Part shown: positions 52,600 to 64,000 of the stretch, one piece after another | Layout of the letters: each line of letters starts with the position of its first letter | How positions within the stretch are numbered: the first letter of the stretch is position 1 | DNA from: Octopus bimaculoides | Taxonomy: Eukaryota | Length of the DNA: 64,000 nucleotides | NCBI RefSeq assembly: GCF_001194135.2 | Contig: NC_068997.1 | Span: forward strand, 4,248,440 to 4,312,439 | Direction: 5' to 3' | The notes under the pieces: generated by a model | The model's database searches: none | Seen by the model: only the letters and a program-made list of their open reading frames with translations | What the model was told of the DNA's origin: nothing | Made by a program: the position numbers and the translations under genes

Positions 52600-54130
52600 T
52601 TGTATTATTATCTGATTGACTGGCTTATCACAAATATTACTTCAGAACTTTCTAGCTTCTTTTGCATTAGGTTTCTCATCTTCAATACTTCGTCCTCCAT
52701 TATTTATTTGGTTATAAAATCTTCTTCAGCCAGTCTCAAATAATCTATTCTGTTGATACTGATCTATTCTTTTCTGATATTTCGGAGAACTTGTCTGCTA
52801 CTGCTGTGATAAGCTGTTTCAACTATTCTATTACTGCCCTAAATCCTTTTCCTTTTACTAAGTATATTTTCTCGAGGGAAGATTTGCATCTTGTGATTCC
52901 TAATTAGTTTGTTTTCCAGGCTTCTATTTTACACAGATCTTCTATTAATGTCTTCACTTTATTTTGTAGTCTCCTTTCCCACACTTGCTCTTTTTTAATC
53001 TTACTCTGTGAGATATCTAATTTTCTGGTGAATACTACCCCTCCTGCATAGGTCAATAAGTTAGTGTCTCCTACAGATAACAATATCTGCTTTCCTAATC
53101 ATTTCTATCAGCTTCCTTCTGTTGGTGCCTTTTAATACTGGCAATCTTTTTCTTAGTTCTTTACTCATTACTTACAGCAACTCATCTAAAATCTTCTGAT
53201 CTTTCTCACTTAAATCACTTAAGGCGTTGGTGCCAGTTGTCCCTTGCTTACTAGTAACGCTATTGTTATGTTTTCCTTTAGGTTCTTCTTTGTTTTGAGC
53301 TGTATCTCTTATGTTGTTTGTTTGTCTTTCCCACTGCCTGGTCTTTCTTTTCCGGTTCTCTTGTGATCTCTTCTACCTCCAATTCTGATATCCACTTTCT
53401 TCTCCTAACAGTATTGGCTTGATCAACTAATTTCTACTCACTCACTTTAAACATACCCTTCTTTCCCCAAAGTGTTAAATCCGTTTTCTATAGACCCTTC
53501 TTTTAGGTTCACTTTCTAAGTAACACTGTATCGCTATCCTGTTTTCTTCGCTAGTCCACTTCCTCCTCCTTGCTCTATTATCTGCTATATTAGGATAACA
53601 GCTGTGGTCAGTCTGCATCTTTACTGCCGAGCGAGAGGCTTTCTCTTAAAGGTCCAGCTTCATTTTCGGAAACTTCTGTCTCTCATAAACCGAGGTAAGG
53701 TAACGTTCGTCATCGTCATCACCACTATTAATTTTCAACATCTGAAAGTTTCAAGCAACTTCCTATTGCATCATTTGTTGCACCTTTATGCTGGTGGGGT
53801 GAGGTGTGCTGCACTTTTCCGTTGGTGGGGATATTGCATTGCATCAGTACGTTTTGTTATGGGATTTGGTTTGAGTCTTCTACTGTATTAGTTCTTATAT
53901 TTTGTATTGCTTATGCAGCGCAGGTTGTGTTCTTCAGTCAGGTATCAGTCTCCTATTGCACATGTTGTGGGTTTTGTTCATTTTGTTGGGTATTTACTGT
54001 ATGAGTTTATTCTTGTATGTCTTTGGAGGGGTGTCGCATAGTAGTGTGTGTGTAACTTATAAATCAATTATAGTATTTATGATTATCCGTCCACCGTTCT
54101 TTCTCTTTTGGCTGGTTTTGTTATGGGTAC
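52600..54130 (-). mobile_element. R4/Dong LINE 5' region, degenerate
   Basis: RRKWTSEENRIAIQCYLESEPKRRVYRKR... is homologous to 780-1700 on the + strand, including upstream sequence similar to 620-680. Confidence 0.8.
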
Positions 54131-54249
54131 CATTAATTATTATTATTATCATTATTATTTTCTTTACCATCTTCTTTCAATTCCGTTTATTTTTTTACCG
54201 AGTGTCTTCCTAACACCTAGGGCAGAAAAAACACACTGTATACATTTGT

Positions 54250-54570
54250 AGGCCATGAAAATAAACACACCAGATTTTTCATTTACAAAGTGTGATAGAG
54301 AAAAAGGAGAAGAAAGACAGAGAGAAAAGGGAAAAAGTAAAAAAAATATAAAAGTAAAACTAAGAAAATAAAGGGTAAAAAAGGAAACAAAATTCACAAC
54401 GACGATGCTCTTCTCGATACGTGTGACGGACCAGTTCAGACAATCTTTTGCACTTCCTGCATGGAAGGTAATCCAGAGAGCATTCTTAAATAATTTTTAC
54501 TTACTTTTTTGATCATCCTAAGTACTCCTACTATCATTGGCATTGTAACCGTCTTGAGATGCCATTTTTG
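54250..54570 (-). mobile_element. R4/Dong LINE 3' end and UTR
   Basis: WHLKTVTMPMIVGVLRMIKK...; UTR matches 2400-2640. Confidence 0.78.
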
Positions 54571-55639
54571 CTCCTACTACTGTGTTGTATTAACTAAATG
54601 CTGTTTAGTTTCGACTTTTGTGTTGTACTTGAGATAATCATAAATATGTGAGGATTCGAGGGGATAGTAGAAGAAAAAGTAGCAGCTTGGTGAATAGACC
54701 AAATTCCACAGGTCTGTACATAGGTTCGGCAGATGGTGAGAAGGAGATCAACAATGGGACTTCGTATTTCTGTGCAATCAGAAGACAAAAGAAGCACCAC
54801 GTCCTTGCTGGCAACTGAGGTCAAATGTGTTTACTATTACTAGTAACCAATGAATGCCTACGCCTTAGAAAGAATCAATTCACCTTGTTCTGTTTTTAAT
54901 TGCTGATAGAAAAAACTATATATATATATATAGCGTTCAAGACATACACACTTCACGTCTGGCTGTACAGCCTTTTTGTTCGTTTATTTCACCGTTTCGT
55001 TTTCCTGTCTTGTTTTCCGTCCGCCACTACCCTCCACGAAAACAATTTAATTTGTGTTCGTGGGAAGAACCATTTTAACGATGCGTACTGCCTTAATTCT
55101 TTGAAACGCCAGAGTTTTAATGGTGGCAGCTGATGAAGGGGATGTTTCTATGTGGCCTGCTTGTTTGTTGCACCTTGTTTACCATTTTGTCCTTGTTCTT
55201 TTGCCACGTCATGTACCCAGTTATGTATCTATATGTACATGTAGANNNNNNNNNNNNNNNNNNNNNNNNNNNNNNNNNNNNNNNNNNNNNNNNNNNNNNN
55301 NNNNNNNNNNNNNNNNNNNNNNNNNNNNNNNNNNNNNNNNNNNNNNNNNNNNNNNNNNNNNNNNNNNNNNNNNNNNNNNNNNNNNNNNNNNNNNNNNNNN
55401 NNNNNNNNNNNNNNNNNNNNNNNNNNNNNNNNNNNNNNNNNNNNNNNNNNNNNNNNNNNNNNNNNNNNNNNNNNNNNNNNNNNNNNNNNNNNNNNNNNNN
55501 NNNNNNNNNNNNNNNNNNNNNNNNNNNNNNNNNNNATATATATATATATACTGATGATTACATCGTTGAATTTTTGAATTTTCCTTTTCCTTTTATAGGT
55601 TTTGCTGTGATTTACAGTTCTCGTAATTGTGCACTTTAC

Positions 55640-55850
55640 CAAGGCGCGAACTGGCAGAAACGTTAGTACGCCGGGCGAAATGCTTAGCGGTATTTCGTCT
55701 GTCTTTAAGTTCTTAGTTCAAAATCCGCCGAGGTCGGCTTTGCCCTTCATACTTTCAGGGACGATAAATTAAGTACCAGTTGCGTACTGGGGTCGTTCTA
55801 ATCGACTGGTCCCCTCCCCAAAAATTTCGGGCCTTGTGCCTAGTTTAGTA
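55640..55850 (+). mobile_element. SINE family A copy
   Basis: GGCGCGAACTGGCAGAAACGTTAG head and GAGGTCGGCTTTGCC core. Confidence 0.82.
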
Positions 55851-56365
55851 AAGTAATTATGCAGTTTGTATACATTGGTAGATGCTTATCTCCTTAATTT
55901 TTATCGTGCGTTTAATGTTATTGCAATAAAAGGTATGTTTACATAGTCAAGTAGTCAGAGAAAAAAAGGGTGAAATTTTCAGAGAAAGTTGTAAATATTA
56001 GAGTTTCAAATTTCCTAAAGATGATCGCTTGTATGTCCGACCAGAGAAAATTGTGTTCTTGCAATAAAAAGATGTTTATACTTTCGAATATTCAGGAAGA
56101 AAGGAAAGGATCGGTATTCACAGAAGTTGTAAGTATTAACGTTTTTAAAAGTTTTTAAAGGTGACAGTTTGTGTGTTCATCCTGAGAATATTATAGATAT
56201 GTGAGTTTCTTAACTTATGCTGAAAGAATTTTAAAATACTCACATGAGATTTGTAGATGTACCAGGTTTGAAAGTTATTTTTCAGTTGTCATGCTGGGTT
56301 TTATTAGTGTTTCTGTGTCTTCGGCTGCTGACAGGTCAGAGCAGCGAAGAACACCTCCAGCTGCT

Positions 56366-56373
56366 GTCAAGGC

Positions 56374-56447
<74 letters not shown>

Positions 56448-56468
56448 TTATTATTATTTTTATTTTTA

Positions 56469-56529
<61 letters not shown>

Positions 56530-56570
56530 CACCATCATTATTACTATTATGTCAGTACCAGCACTAACAT
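56366..56570. repeat. (TTA)n microsatellite
   Basis: Direct inspection. Confidence 0.95.
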
Positions 56571-56641
56571 CATTATCAGCATATTTGTAATTATTAATCC
56601 TTTACTTTTCTTACGTCTTTTTCTTAACTCAGACGCTCTAC

Positions 56642-56798
56642 CAGTGAGTACAATCGTCCATAGTAGCAAGCAGATTCTACCCAACTATATCTCAGTAACT
56701 CGTGCTAGCTGGCTACAAAAAGCGAGGTTTTCTTCTCGATTTTCTATTGTGAGTAGACTTCCCTGCAATCATCTCATTTTTACAACTTCACACCATGA
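56642..56798 (-). pseudogene. C-type lectin domain-like pseudo-exon
   Basis: Acceptor tttattag|, donor CTG|gtagag; SWCEVVKMR*LQGSLLTIENREENLAFCSQL..TEI*LG matches the CTLD pattern SW.EA...C...G.L.SI...EEN.F...WLG; stops at 56769-56771 (TGA) and 56685-56687 (TAG). Confidence 0.42.
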
Positions 56799-57452
56799 CT
56801 AATAAACATGAATCATCGTTGCCTTAATGTGGCTGTAATTCAAAATAGAATACCATAAAGTTCCATCACTGGGTTTTATGTATTCCTTCATGACGTGTTG
56901 TGTGCTGGATGTGTTTATGCACCGTTCAACTAATATTGTACAGGCTTTTGTTAGTGTCCATGGCTTGACGTCATGGATATCAACATATTCTCTACTGCTA
57001 CTCAGAATTTAAGCAACATATCAAAATTTTATATTCTTTTGTATATGATGCATTATTTTTTTAAACTAATGTGTCTTTTATTTGCATTTATCAGCATTAT
57101 ATAATAATTAGTAGAACGGTATAAATTATTTACATTATCTGTCTAGTAATATTGTTACAGGAAGTAGGATGGCTTGAAATTTTTTTGATAAACTGGAATT
57201 ACCGCTTCGATTTCGTCTGGTATATACTTGTAAACATTCATATGTGTTTGTGTATGTGTGTGTGAAAACAAATCAGATATACATGTGTAGAATGTATTTG
57301 TTTATATACATTCAGATGTATACATATATATACATGCAGGTGCATACATAAATGTGTGTGTATGTATATATATGTGTGTATGTGTATATAGATGTATGTG
57401 TATGTATATATATANNNNNNNNNNTGCATGTATGTATGTATATACACACATA

Positions 57453-58686
57453 CAGGGATTGGACAACATAATGAAAACTCCTAGCATCATAGCATCATAA
57501 TTTTGAAATATCTATAAAACCGTCAAAAGCTTCTTTATTTTTATGGGGTTTTTTAAATTTATTATTGGTGTTGTGTTGCTTGATATGTTTTGCTGGAATT
57601 GTTGTTTTTTTTTCAGATATCATCAGAGAAAGGTAATTAAAATTCATTAAAATGACAGATCTATCGGACTTTTTAAGAGATCAAATTGTTGGTGCTCGTA
57701 TGACAGGAGCCAGCGTAACGGAAGCAGCTGAAATAGTTGGTATATCAAGAAGTACTGTCTCCAAACTAAATGACAGGCTTTGAGGAAGGGGGTAAAAACC
57801 TCCCTGTTGAAACAAAGCTCCGGAAGAAAGCGAAAACTTTCAGAGAGGGACTGTCAGACTCTTACGTGAATTGTTAGAAAGGCTCACAAAATTACAGCTC
57901 CCAAAATTACTGCAGAGCTTAATGACCACCTCGAGAACCCAGTTTCCACAAAAATTTCAGCCGGGAGCTGCACAAAGCCGGATTTTACGGATGGGTTGCA
58001 ATCAGAAAACCACTACTTCCGAAAACAAACGTTCCAAAGCGTTTAGAGTGGAGTAAAAACCTACAGAATGTTATTATCTCGGACGAGTCATCCTTTACCT
58101 TATTTCCGACCACCAGCCAAGTATACGTGTGGAGACAGCCCAAAGAAGCATTTGATCCAGACTGCCTTCTTCCAAATGTTAAACAAAGTGGAGGATCTGT
58201 GATGATTAGTGGAGGGGCTATATCTTGGAAATCCGCTGGCAGAATTAATAGTCAAGATTATTTAAGCATTTTATCTGATCAAATTCATCTTATGGTTGTA
58301 GAACTGTTTCCGGGGGAAAATGCAGTCTTCCAGGATGATAATGCACCAATTCACACATTGTTACTGAATGGCATAAGGAATATTCTACTGAAGTTGAAAT
58401 CTTATCTGGCCACCACAGTCCCCAGATCTCAATATTAGTGAACATTTATGGTGCGTTTTAGAAAAACAGGCAAGGAGTCGATATCATCCACCATCATCAC
58501 TATAAGAACTGGAGACTGTTTTAGCTGAAGAATGGACGAAAATTCCTTTCGAAACAATTCAAATTTTGTACGAGTCCATACCTTGTAGAATTCAAGCTGT
58601 AACTACTGCCAAATGCGGTCCTACCCGATAATAAAATTAATTTGCTTGAAAATTTAAGGTGTTTCCATTATTTTGTCCAACCCCTG
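57453..58686 (+). mobile_element. Tc1-like (DD34E-type) transposon, full-length with both TIRs, ORF disrupted
   Basis: Imperfect TIRs of about 30 bp CAGGG(A/G)TTGGACAA(C/A)ATAATG(A/G)AAAC flanked by TA on both sides; MTDLSDF..QIVGARMTGASVTE; SDES; FQDDNAPIH; SPDLNI.EHLW; GPT. Confidence 0.92.
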
Positions 58687-58742
58687 TATCTCTCTATCTC
58701 TCGCTATCTATCTATCTATCTATCTATCTATCTCTCTATCTA

Positions 58743-58849
<107 letters not shown>

Positions 58850-59344
58850 AGCCGGTGCTCCAGCTTGACCGCAGTCAAATGACTGAACAACTGAAAGAAA
58901 ATGTATAAAAACACACGGTTTTATGCGTTGCATGCGCGTATTTAATTTTGTAAATCCTTCTATAAACATACATGCATGAAGGTGTGCGCTTGCTTTATAT
59001 ATTTGTATGCATTCATACATGTGAGTGTTTGTATAGAAGCAAACCAATTATACGCGTTGTATGTGTGTATATATTTTTATATATGTATACGTATCTATAT
59101 ACATATATACTATATTTATATACATAATTAACTTTCTGAGACGCTTTAGATACTTTGGAAATCACGTAAATTGGGTTGGATTCCACAAGAGACTTCCTTA
59201 GGTTAATCTCTTCTACGATAAGTTTGTATAAGTGTTCAGTGAAATTATGCCAGTCCTGGAAACTCTGCAGATGTCCGTCGCCATGCTGCTTTTCTAAAAG
59301 AGTATGTGTATAAACTCCCCCCCCACACACACACACACAGGGAT

Positions 59345-59487
59345 GACATTGTGATAAGTAGCTTGCTTACCAACAACATGGTTCTGGGTTCAGTCCCACT
59401 GCGTGGCACTTTGGGTAAGTGTCTTCTACTATAGCCTCGGGCGGACCAAACCTTGTAAGTGGATTTGGTAAACTGAAAGAAGCCCGT

Positions 59488-59536
<49 letters not shown>

Positions 59537-59546
59537 NNNNNNNNNN

Positions 59547-59591
<45 letters not shown>

Positions 59592-59830
59592 CGTGTTTGA
59601 GTGTCTGTGTGTCTGTGTGTGTGTGTGTTTGAGTGTCAGTGTTTGTCCTCCCACCACCGCTTGGCAACCGATATTGGTATGTTTATGTCCCCGTAACTTA
59701 GCGGTTCAGCAAAAGCAGGCGATACAATAAGTACTAGGCTTACAAGAAATAAGTCTTGGAATCGATTTGGTCGACTAAAGGCGGTGCTCCAACATGACCG
59801 CAGTCATATGACTGAAATGAATAAAAGAAT
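59345..59830 (+). mobile_element. SINE family B with internal (TA)n(TG)n
   Basis: Same bipartite structure as 12284-12700. Confidence 0.82.
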
Positions 59831-60053
59831 ATATATATGTGTGTGTGTACATATATGAGAGGGTGGTACAACAATGCACCAATATTTACTGGAAATAGTA
59901 GTCGATACATACACACATCATTAGACTTTAGAAACTATGAGAGACGTGAGGTTATTCGTTTTTAATGGTGGGATTCGAAGTAGATAAAGCTATTAATAAG
60001 GGCATGTACATATTGGGTTTGGTAAAAATTTAGATCGGAAAAGTCGAAGTCTT

Positions 60054-60087
<34 letters not shown>

Positions 60088-60089
60088 AA

Positions 60090-60360
60090 AGCCTGGTACT
60101 TATTCAAACGGTCTCTTTTGCCGGACCGTTGAATAACATGAACTTAAACTCACCAACACGGTGTTCAAGTGGTGATGAGAGACAATCACATACACAAAGA
60201 CACAATACATAGATATATATTTATATGTGTATGACGAGCTTCTATCAGTTTCCGTCTACCAAATCTACAGTAGGCTATAGGAGAAGATACTTGCTGAAGG
60301 TGCCAAGTGGTGAGACTGAGCCTGGAAGCATATAGTTGAGAACCAAACTGCTTACCATAC
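60090..60360 (-). mobile_element. SINE family B, older inverted copy with short internal low-complexity tract
   Basis: Reverse matches to both the 5' and 3' halves. Confidence 0.6.
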
Positions 60361-60376
60361 ACACATATATATGGGC

Positions 60377-60439
<63 letters not shown>

Positions 60440-60704
60440 GAGACCCAATAATGCACAGACCGCGGCAGAGATACACATATAAGCCATAAGGCTGAGATAG
60501 TCAACATTTACAGAGTGCTTTGTATGACGGACTGTGACTTTCGTGAACTGTAAGTTTATTCGTTCTTGTTAGATTAACCGACTCAAGCTGCTAAGCAAAA
60601 CATTAAGAACGAAGCACGTATATATGAACTTCTGTGGTCTACAATGTGGGGGATGGTTGCTTGTGTTTGTGTGTGTGTGTCTAAACTGACATTCACACAC
60701 GCAC

Positions 60705-60706
60705 GC

Positions 60707-60781
<75 letters not shown>

Positions 60782-60786
60782 CAGAC

Positions 60787-60866
<80 letters not shown>
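60705..60866. repeat. (GATA)n microsatellite
   Basis: Direct inspection. Confidence 0.95.
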
Positions 60867-60867
<1 letters not shown>

Positions 60868-61256
60868 TGCCAGTATATCGGAAAATATATATATGTGAAT
60901 ATATTTCAATAGATGTGTACACAGATACAAATGGAGTCTGCAAACGTCACTGTATGTGTGAGATCTTCAATCAATATTTATGTGTGTCTGTTTGTGTGTA
61001 TCAGTTAGTGCATTTGTGTGTGGGAGAATCTTCTTGAAGAAAAAGAGAGGTTCAGAAATGATAAAACTTCAAAAGTCGTCTCGGTTAACCCCCACGTTTC
61101 TTGTGAGGTCAACGAGTGTTTCTTAACTCGATCTCAGCCGTCTGCTCTCAAAATATATTCTATATTAACGTCGAATATCTGTTTCGCTATTCCGTAGCTG
61201 GAATCTTAATGTTTACAGACTTGTTTTGTCAACATTTCGCTGCAGACTTTTGTTAC

Positions 61257-61282
61257 GTTTCCTCGGCCGCCATTTTAACTTT
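61257..61282 (-). promoter_or_regulatory. Candidate start region AAAATGGCGGCC (YY1-like / strong start context), MAAEET then possible donor gtaaca
   Basis: Motif lies downstream of a CT-rich tract (61340-61500 on the - strand); unspliced it reads as a 6-codon ORF. Confidence 0.28.
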
Positions 61283-62469
61283 CAGAATCTGAATGTTTAA
61301 AAGGGATTTAGCTTTATTCAACGTCAATTTTACTCGGAATGAAGTAGCTGAGAGAGTGAGAGAGCGAGAGAAGGCGAGATAGAGGGAAGGGAAAAGACAG
61401 AGAAGGGAGGAGAAGGAAGAAGGCAGACAGACGGAGCAGAAGGAGTAGAGAGAGAGAAGGCTGACAGAGAAGGCGGGAGAGTGAGGAGGAGAAAGATTTC
61501 CTTCATCTTTATCTTATTTCTCTTCTTGAGAGAATGTCTAAAACACTTCACAGAAGAACCGGAAGAATCGACATTATTTATTCACAACAGGTCGTAACCA
61601 ATTGAAGCGTGATTTGACTTAATACACACGCGCACACATACATATCCTATATATAACAGTATAGTCTCTAATCTATCATCAGCTTACATATTTGCGTGTG
61701 TAGGTATGTGTATGTTAATATATATGTTTACGTATCTATATATGTGTGTGTGTATGTGTGTGCATATATATGCGTGTGTATGTATAAATATGTTTATATG
61801 TATGTATGTATGTATGTATGTATAAAACATTTAAGCTTAATATAAATGATAGCAGTAACATAACTTAAACATTTAATAAAAATTATTTAATAAACATCAC
61901 TAATGAAGAAAAAAACGAATAATAAAAACAACTGCACAGTGTGGAACACAATTAAAGGAGCAACCCAGCCAAACAATGAAAATGAACAAGAACGCTCTAA
62001 TTGCAACATTACACTCGAAATCAAAAATAACACACACAACCATACAAAAACAACAATTTCGAACTTAACCGATTTTAAGTTTAATCCCCAGCTTCGCAGA
62101 GCGATGGGGTGCAGTTTAGGTCAGCAACATATATCTAAGTATAAAAACACCCCTACAGAACACTAAGAAAAATTTACTCGAACCAGTTCACTTCGAGAAC
62201 GACCAAATGGACGGACACTGATGAAGCTGCACAGACAATACTGCAAGGTCGAATTTGCAACAGTGAGTAGTCGCTGCAAAGGAAACACGTGTAAATCATT
62301 ACAATATACTGCATATAACTATAAAATAAATTCCGTGTATGTACAAGTCTCCATACTCTTCATTATTATTAATATTAATATATACTCCAGGCAACATTTA
62401 CAGTTCAGCGTAGAGCACACGGATTGACCCATCGGAAGAATTCACGGAGTGACTAACAATTAATTGTAG

Positions 62470-63638
62470 AGACATTTTCATTTTCAAAATTTAATAGAAT
62501 CTACAGACATTATTTTGTTGTTTTGTCAACGTCTGTTTTCAAACTGACGTCCGTTCTGGCCCATGCACTGTTGACAACGCGATGCAATGGAATCGCAAAC
62601 AATTCGTTTGGTATTTGTGCACATTCTCGTTCAATGGCTGCTCTCAAATCAGCGATTGTTGCAAGTTTCATAGCGCAGACTTTGTCCTTTAGATATCCCC
62701 ATGAAAAAAAAAACTCTAGTGGTGTGAGGTCTTGTGAACGTGGAGGGTATTCAACGAAACCCTTTCGTCCAATCCACCTGTTTGGCAAGATCGTGATGGT
62801 AGTGTGGGGGTGCCTCATCTTGCAGGATATAAAACTCCTCGTCTTCAAAGTCTTCTCTCATGCTCGGCATGACAAACTGTTGCAGCAAGTTCAGGTAGCG
62901 TCACAGTAGCGTCAAAAAAGAATAGTCCAGTTTATCCTCTTGATGATAAGCCACACTGCATGGTAGCTCCTGGTAAATTAACGTGGTGTTCCATCACAAC
63001 GTGCTGATTCTGAGGTCCCCAGTAGGTGCAATTGTGGCGGTTGATTGCACCATTTAATTTGAATGTGGCCTCATCACTCCACAACCTTTGTTGAAAAGTA
63101 TGCATCTTCTACACATTGTGCCAAGTACCACTCACAATACTGCACTCTTCGGTCTGGATCATCGTCATTAATAGCATGGACTAATCTTAAAACGTAACTT
63201 TTCCATTGACAACGCTTCAAAATATGTTGGACAGACGATTTTGAAATACCTACCTCACGACTCGCTTGCCGCACAGATTTTCTTGAACATTGGTGATACG
63301 TTTCCAGCACACCTTCTTGCTTTGTGGAGGTTGTCAATGTTCGCGGTCTTCCGGAACACTTTTTTTGGACATTCTGAACAATTCCATCAGATTCAAACTT
63401 ATCTCTAATTCCAGTGATGATAAGTCGTGATGGTGGATCTATTTGAAACTCCGTCCTAAACTGTCTTTGCACTTCAACTACGTTTTCATATTTCCAGTAG
63501 AATTTTATAAAGAGTTTCCTTTGTTCAAATCTTCGTCTGACTGCCAACATTAATTCCAATTAGTTTAATATGGAAAGAAAAAATATCAGTTGAGTTATCA
63601 GATGCTAAAGTGTGTATACATCTTTTTCGGATACCCTG
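62470..63638 (-). mobile_element. Tc1/mariner-superfamily transposon (rosa/maT-like, DUF4817-type N-terminus), one TIR, frameshifted
   Basis: ORF 63074-63559 ([23 protein letters not shown]...SGRPR..SVRQAS.E.GISKSSV..ILK); [11 protein letters not shown]; ORF 62510-62848 RWIGRKG.VEYPPRSQDLTPL.FF.WGYLKDKV; terminal CAGGGTATCCGAAAAAG plus TA at 63639. Confidence 0.88.
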
Positions 63639-63674
63639 TATATATATATATATATATATATATATTCCTATGTG

Positions 63675-63862
63675 TGTCTTTGTCATTGCCCCCCACCACC
63701 GCTTGTCAAACGGTATTGGTGTGTTTGCATCCTCGTATTTTGCGGTTCGGCAAAATAGCCGATATAATATGTATCAGGATAAAAAATACTGTGGTCGATA
63801 CATTCGACTAAAATTTCAAGGTGATGCCCCAACAAGGCCGCAATCTAATGACTGAAATAAGT
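63675..63862 (+). mobile_element. SINE family B 3' half
   Basis: ccccccaccaccgcttgtcaaacggtattggtgtgtttg...ggccgcaatctaatgactgaaa. Confidence 0.7.
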
Positions 63863-63946
63863 AATAGATAATGGATAATACATGTATGTATGTGTGTATG
63901 TATGTATGTATGTATGTATGTATGTACAAATATATATATATATATA

Positions 63947-63977
<31 letters not shown>

Positions 63978-64000
63978 GTATATGTGTGTGTATATATATA

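Noticed and set aside
54594-54824. Open frames on both strands, possible exon
   Set aside because: Several frames are equally plausible, the donor is weak and no motif was recognised
62218-62295. CTGATGA...GAAACACGTGTA hammerhead-like motif
   Set aside because: Core and palindromic stem III are present, but stems I and II do not pair; at most a degenerate relic

Overview
AT-rich eukaryotic genomic DNA from a gapped draft assembly (many N runs), very probably a cephalopod (Octopus-like). This is inferred from extreme (TA)n/(CA)n/(GA)n/(TAA)n microsatellite density and the repeated tRNA-derived SINE families. Most of the window is repeats and decayed transposons: about 10 R4/Dong-clade (RLE) LINE fragments, a Tx1-like fragment, two Penelope-like elements (one with Naiad-type RT), four to five Tc1/mariner relics (one Tc1 with both TIRs), and several SINE/retroposon families. 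Almost all long ORFs in the supplied track are microsatellite or gap artefacts. No host gene can be named. There are hand-picked exon candidates for a + strand two-exon ORF (8.6-9.7 kb) and for a dispersed - strand multi-exon gene or pseudogene (17-61 kb, with C-type lectin-like and weakly MAM-like segments and in-frame stops). The best-supported unexpected signal is a structurally complete minimal type I hammerhead ribozyme at 20766-20852 beside a Penelope-like relic. No rRNA, genuine tRNA gene or CRISPR array was seen. All family assignments come from motif recognition by eye, not database searches.
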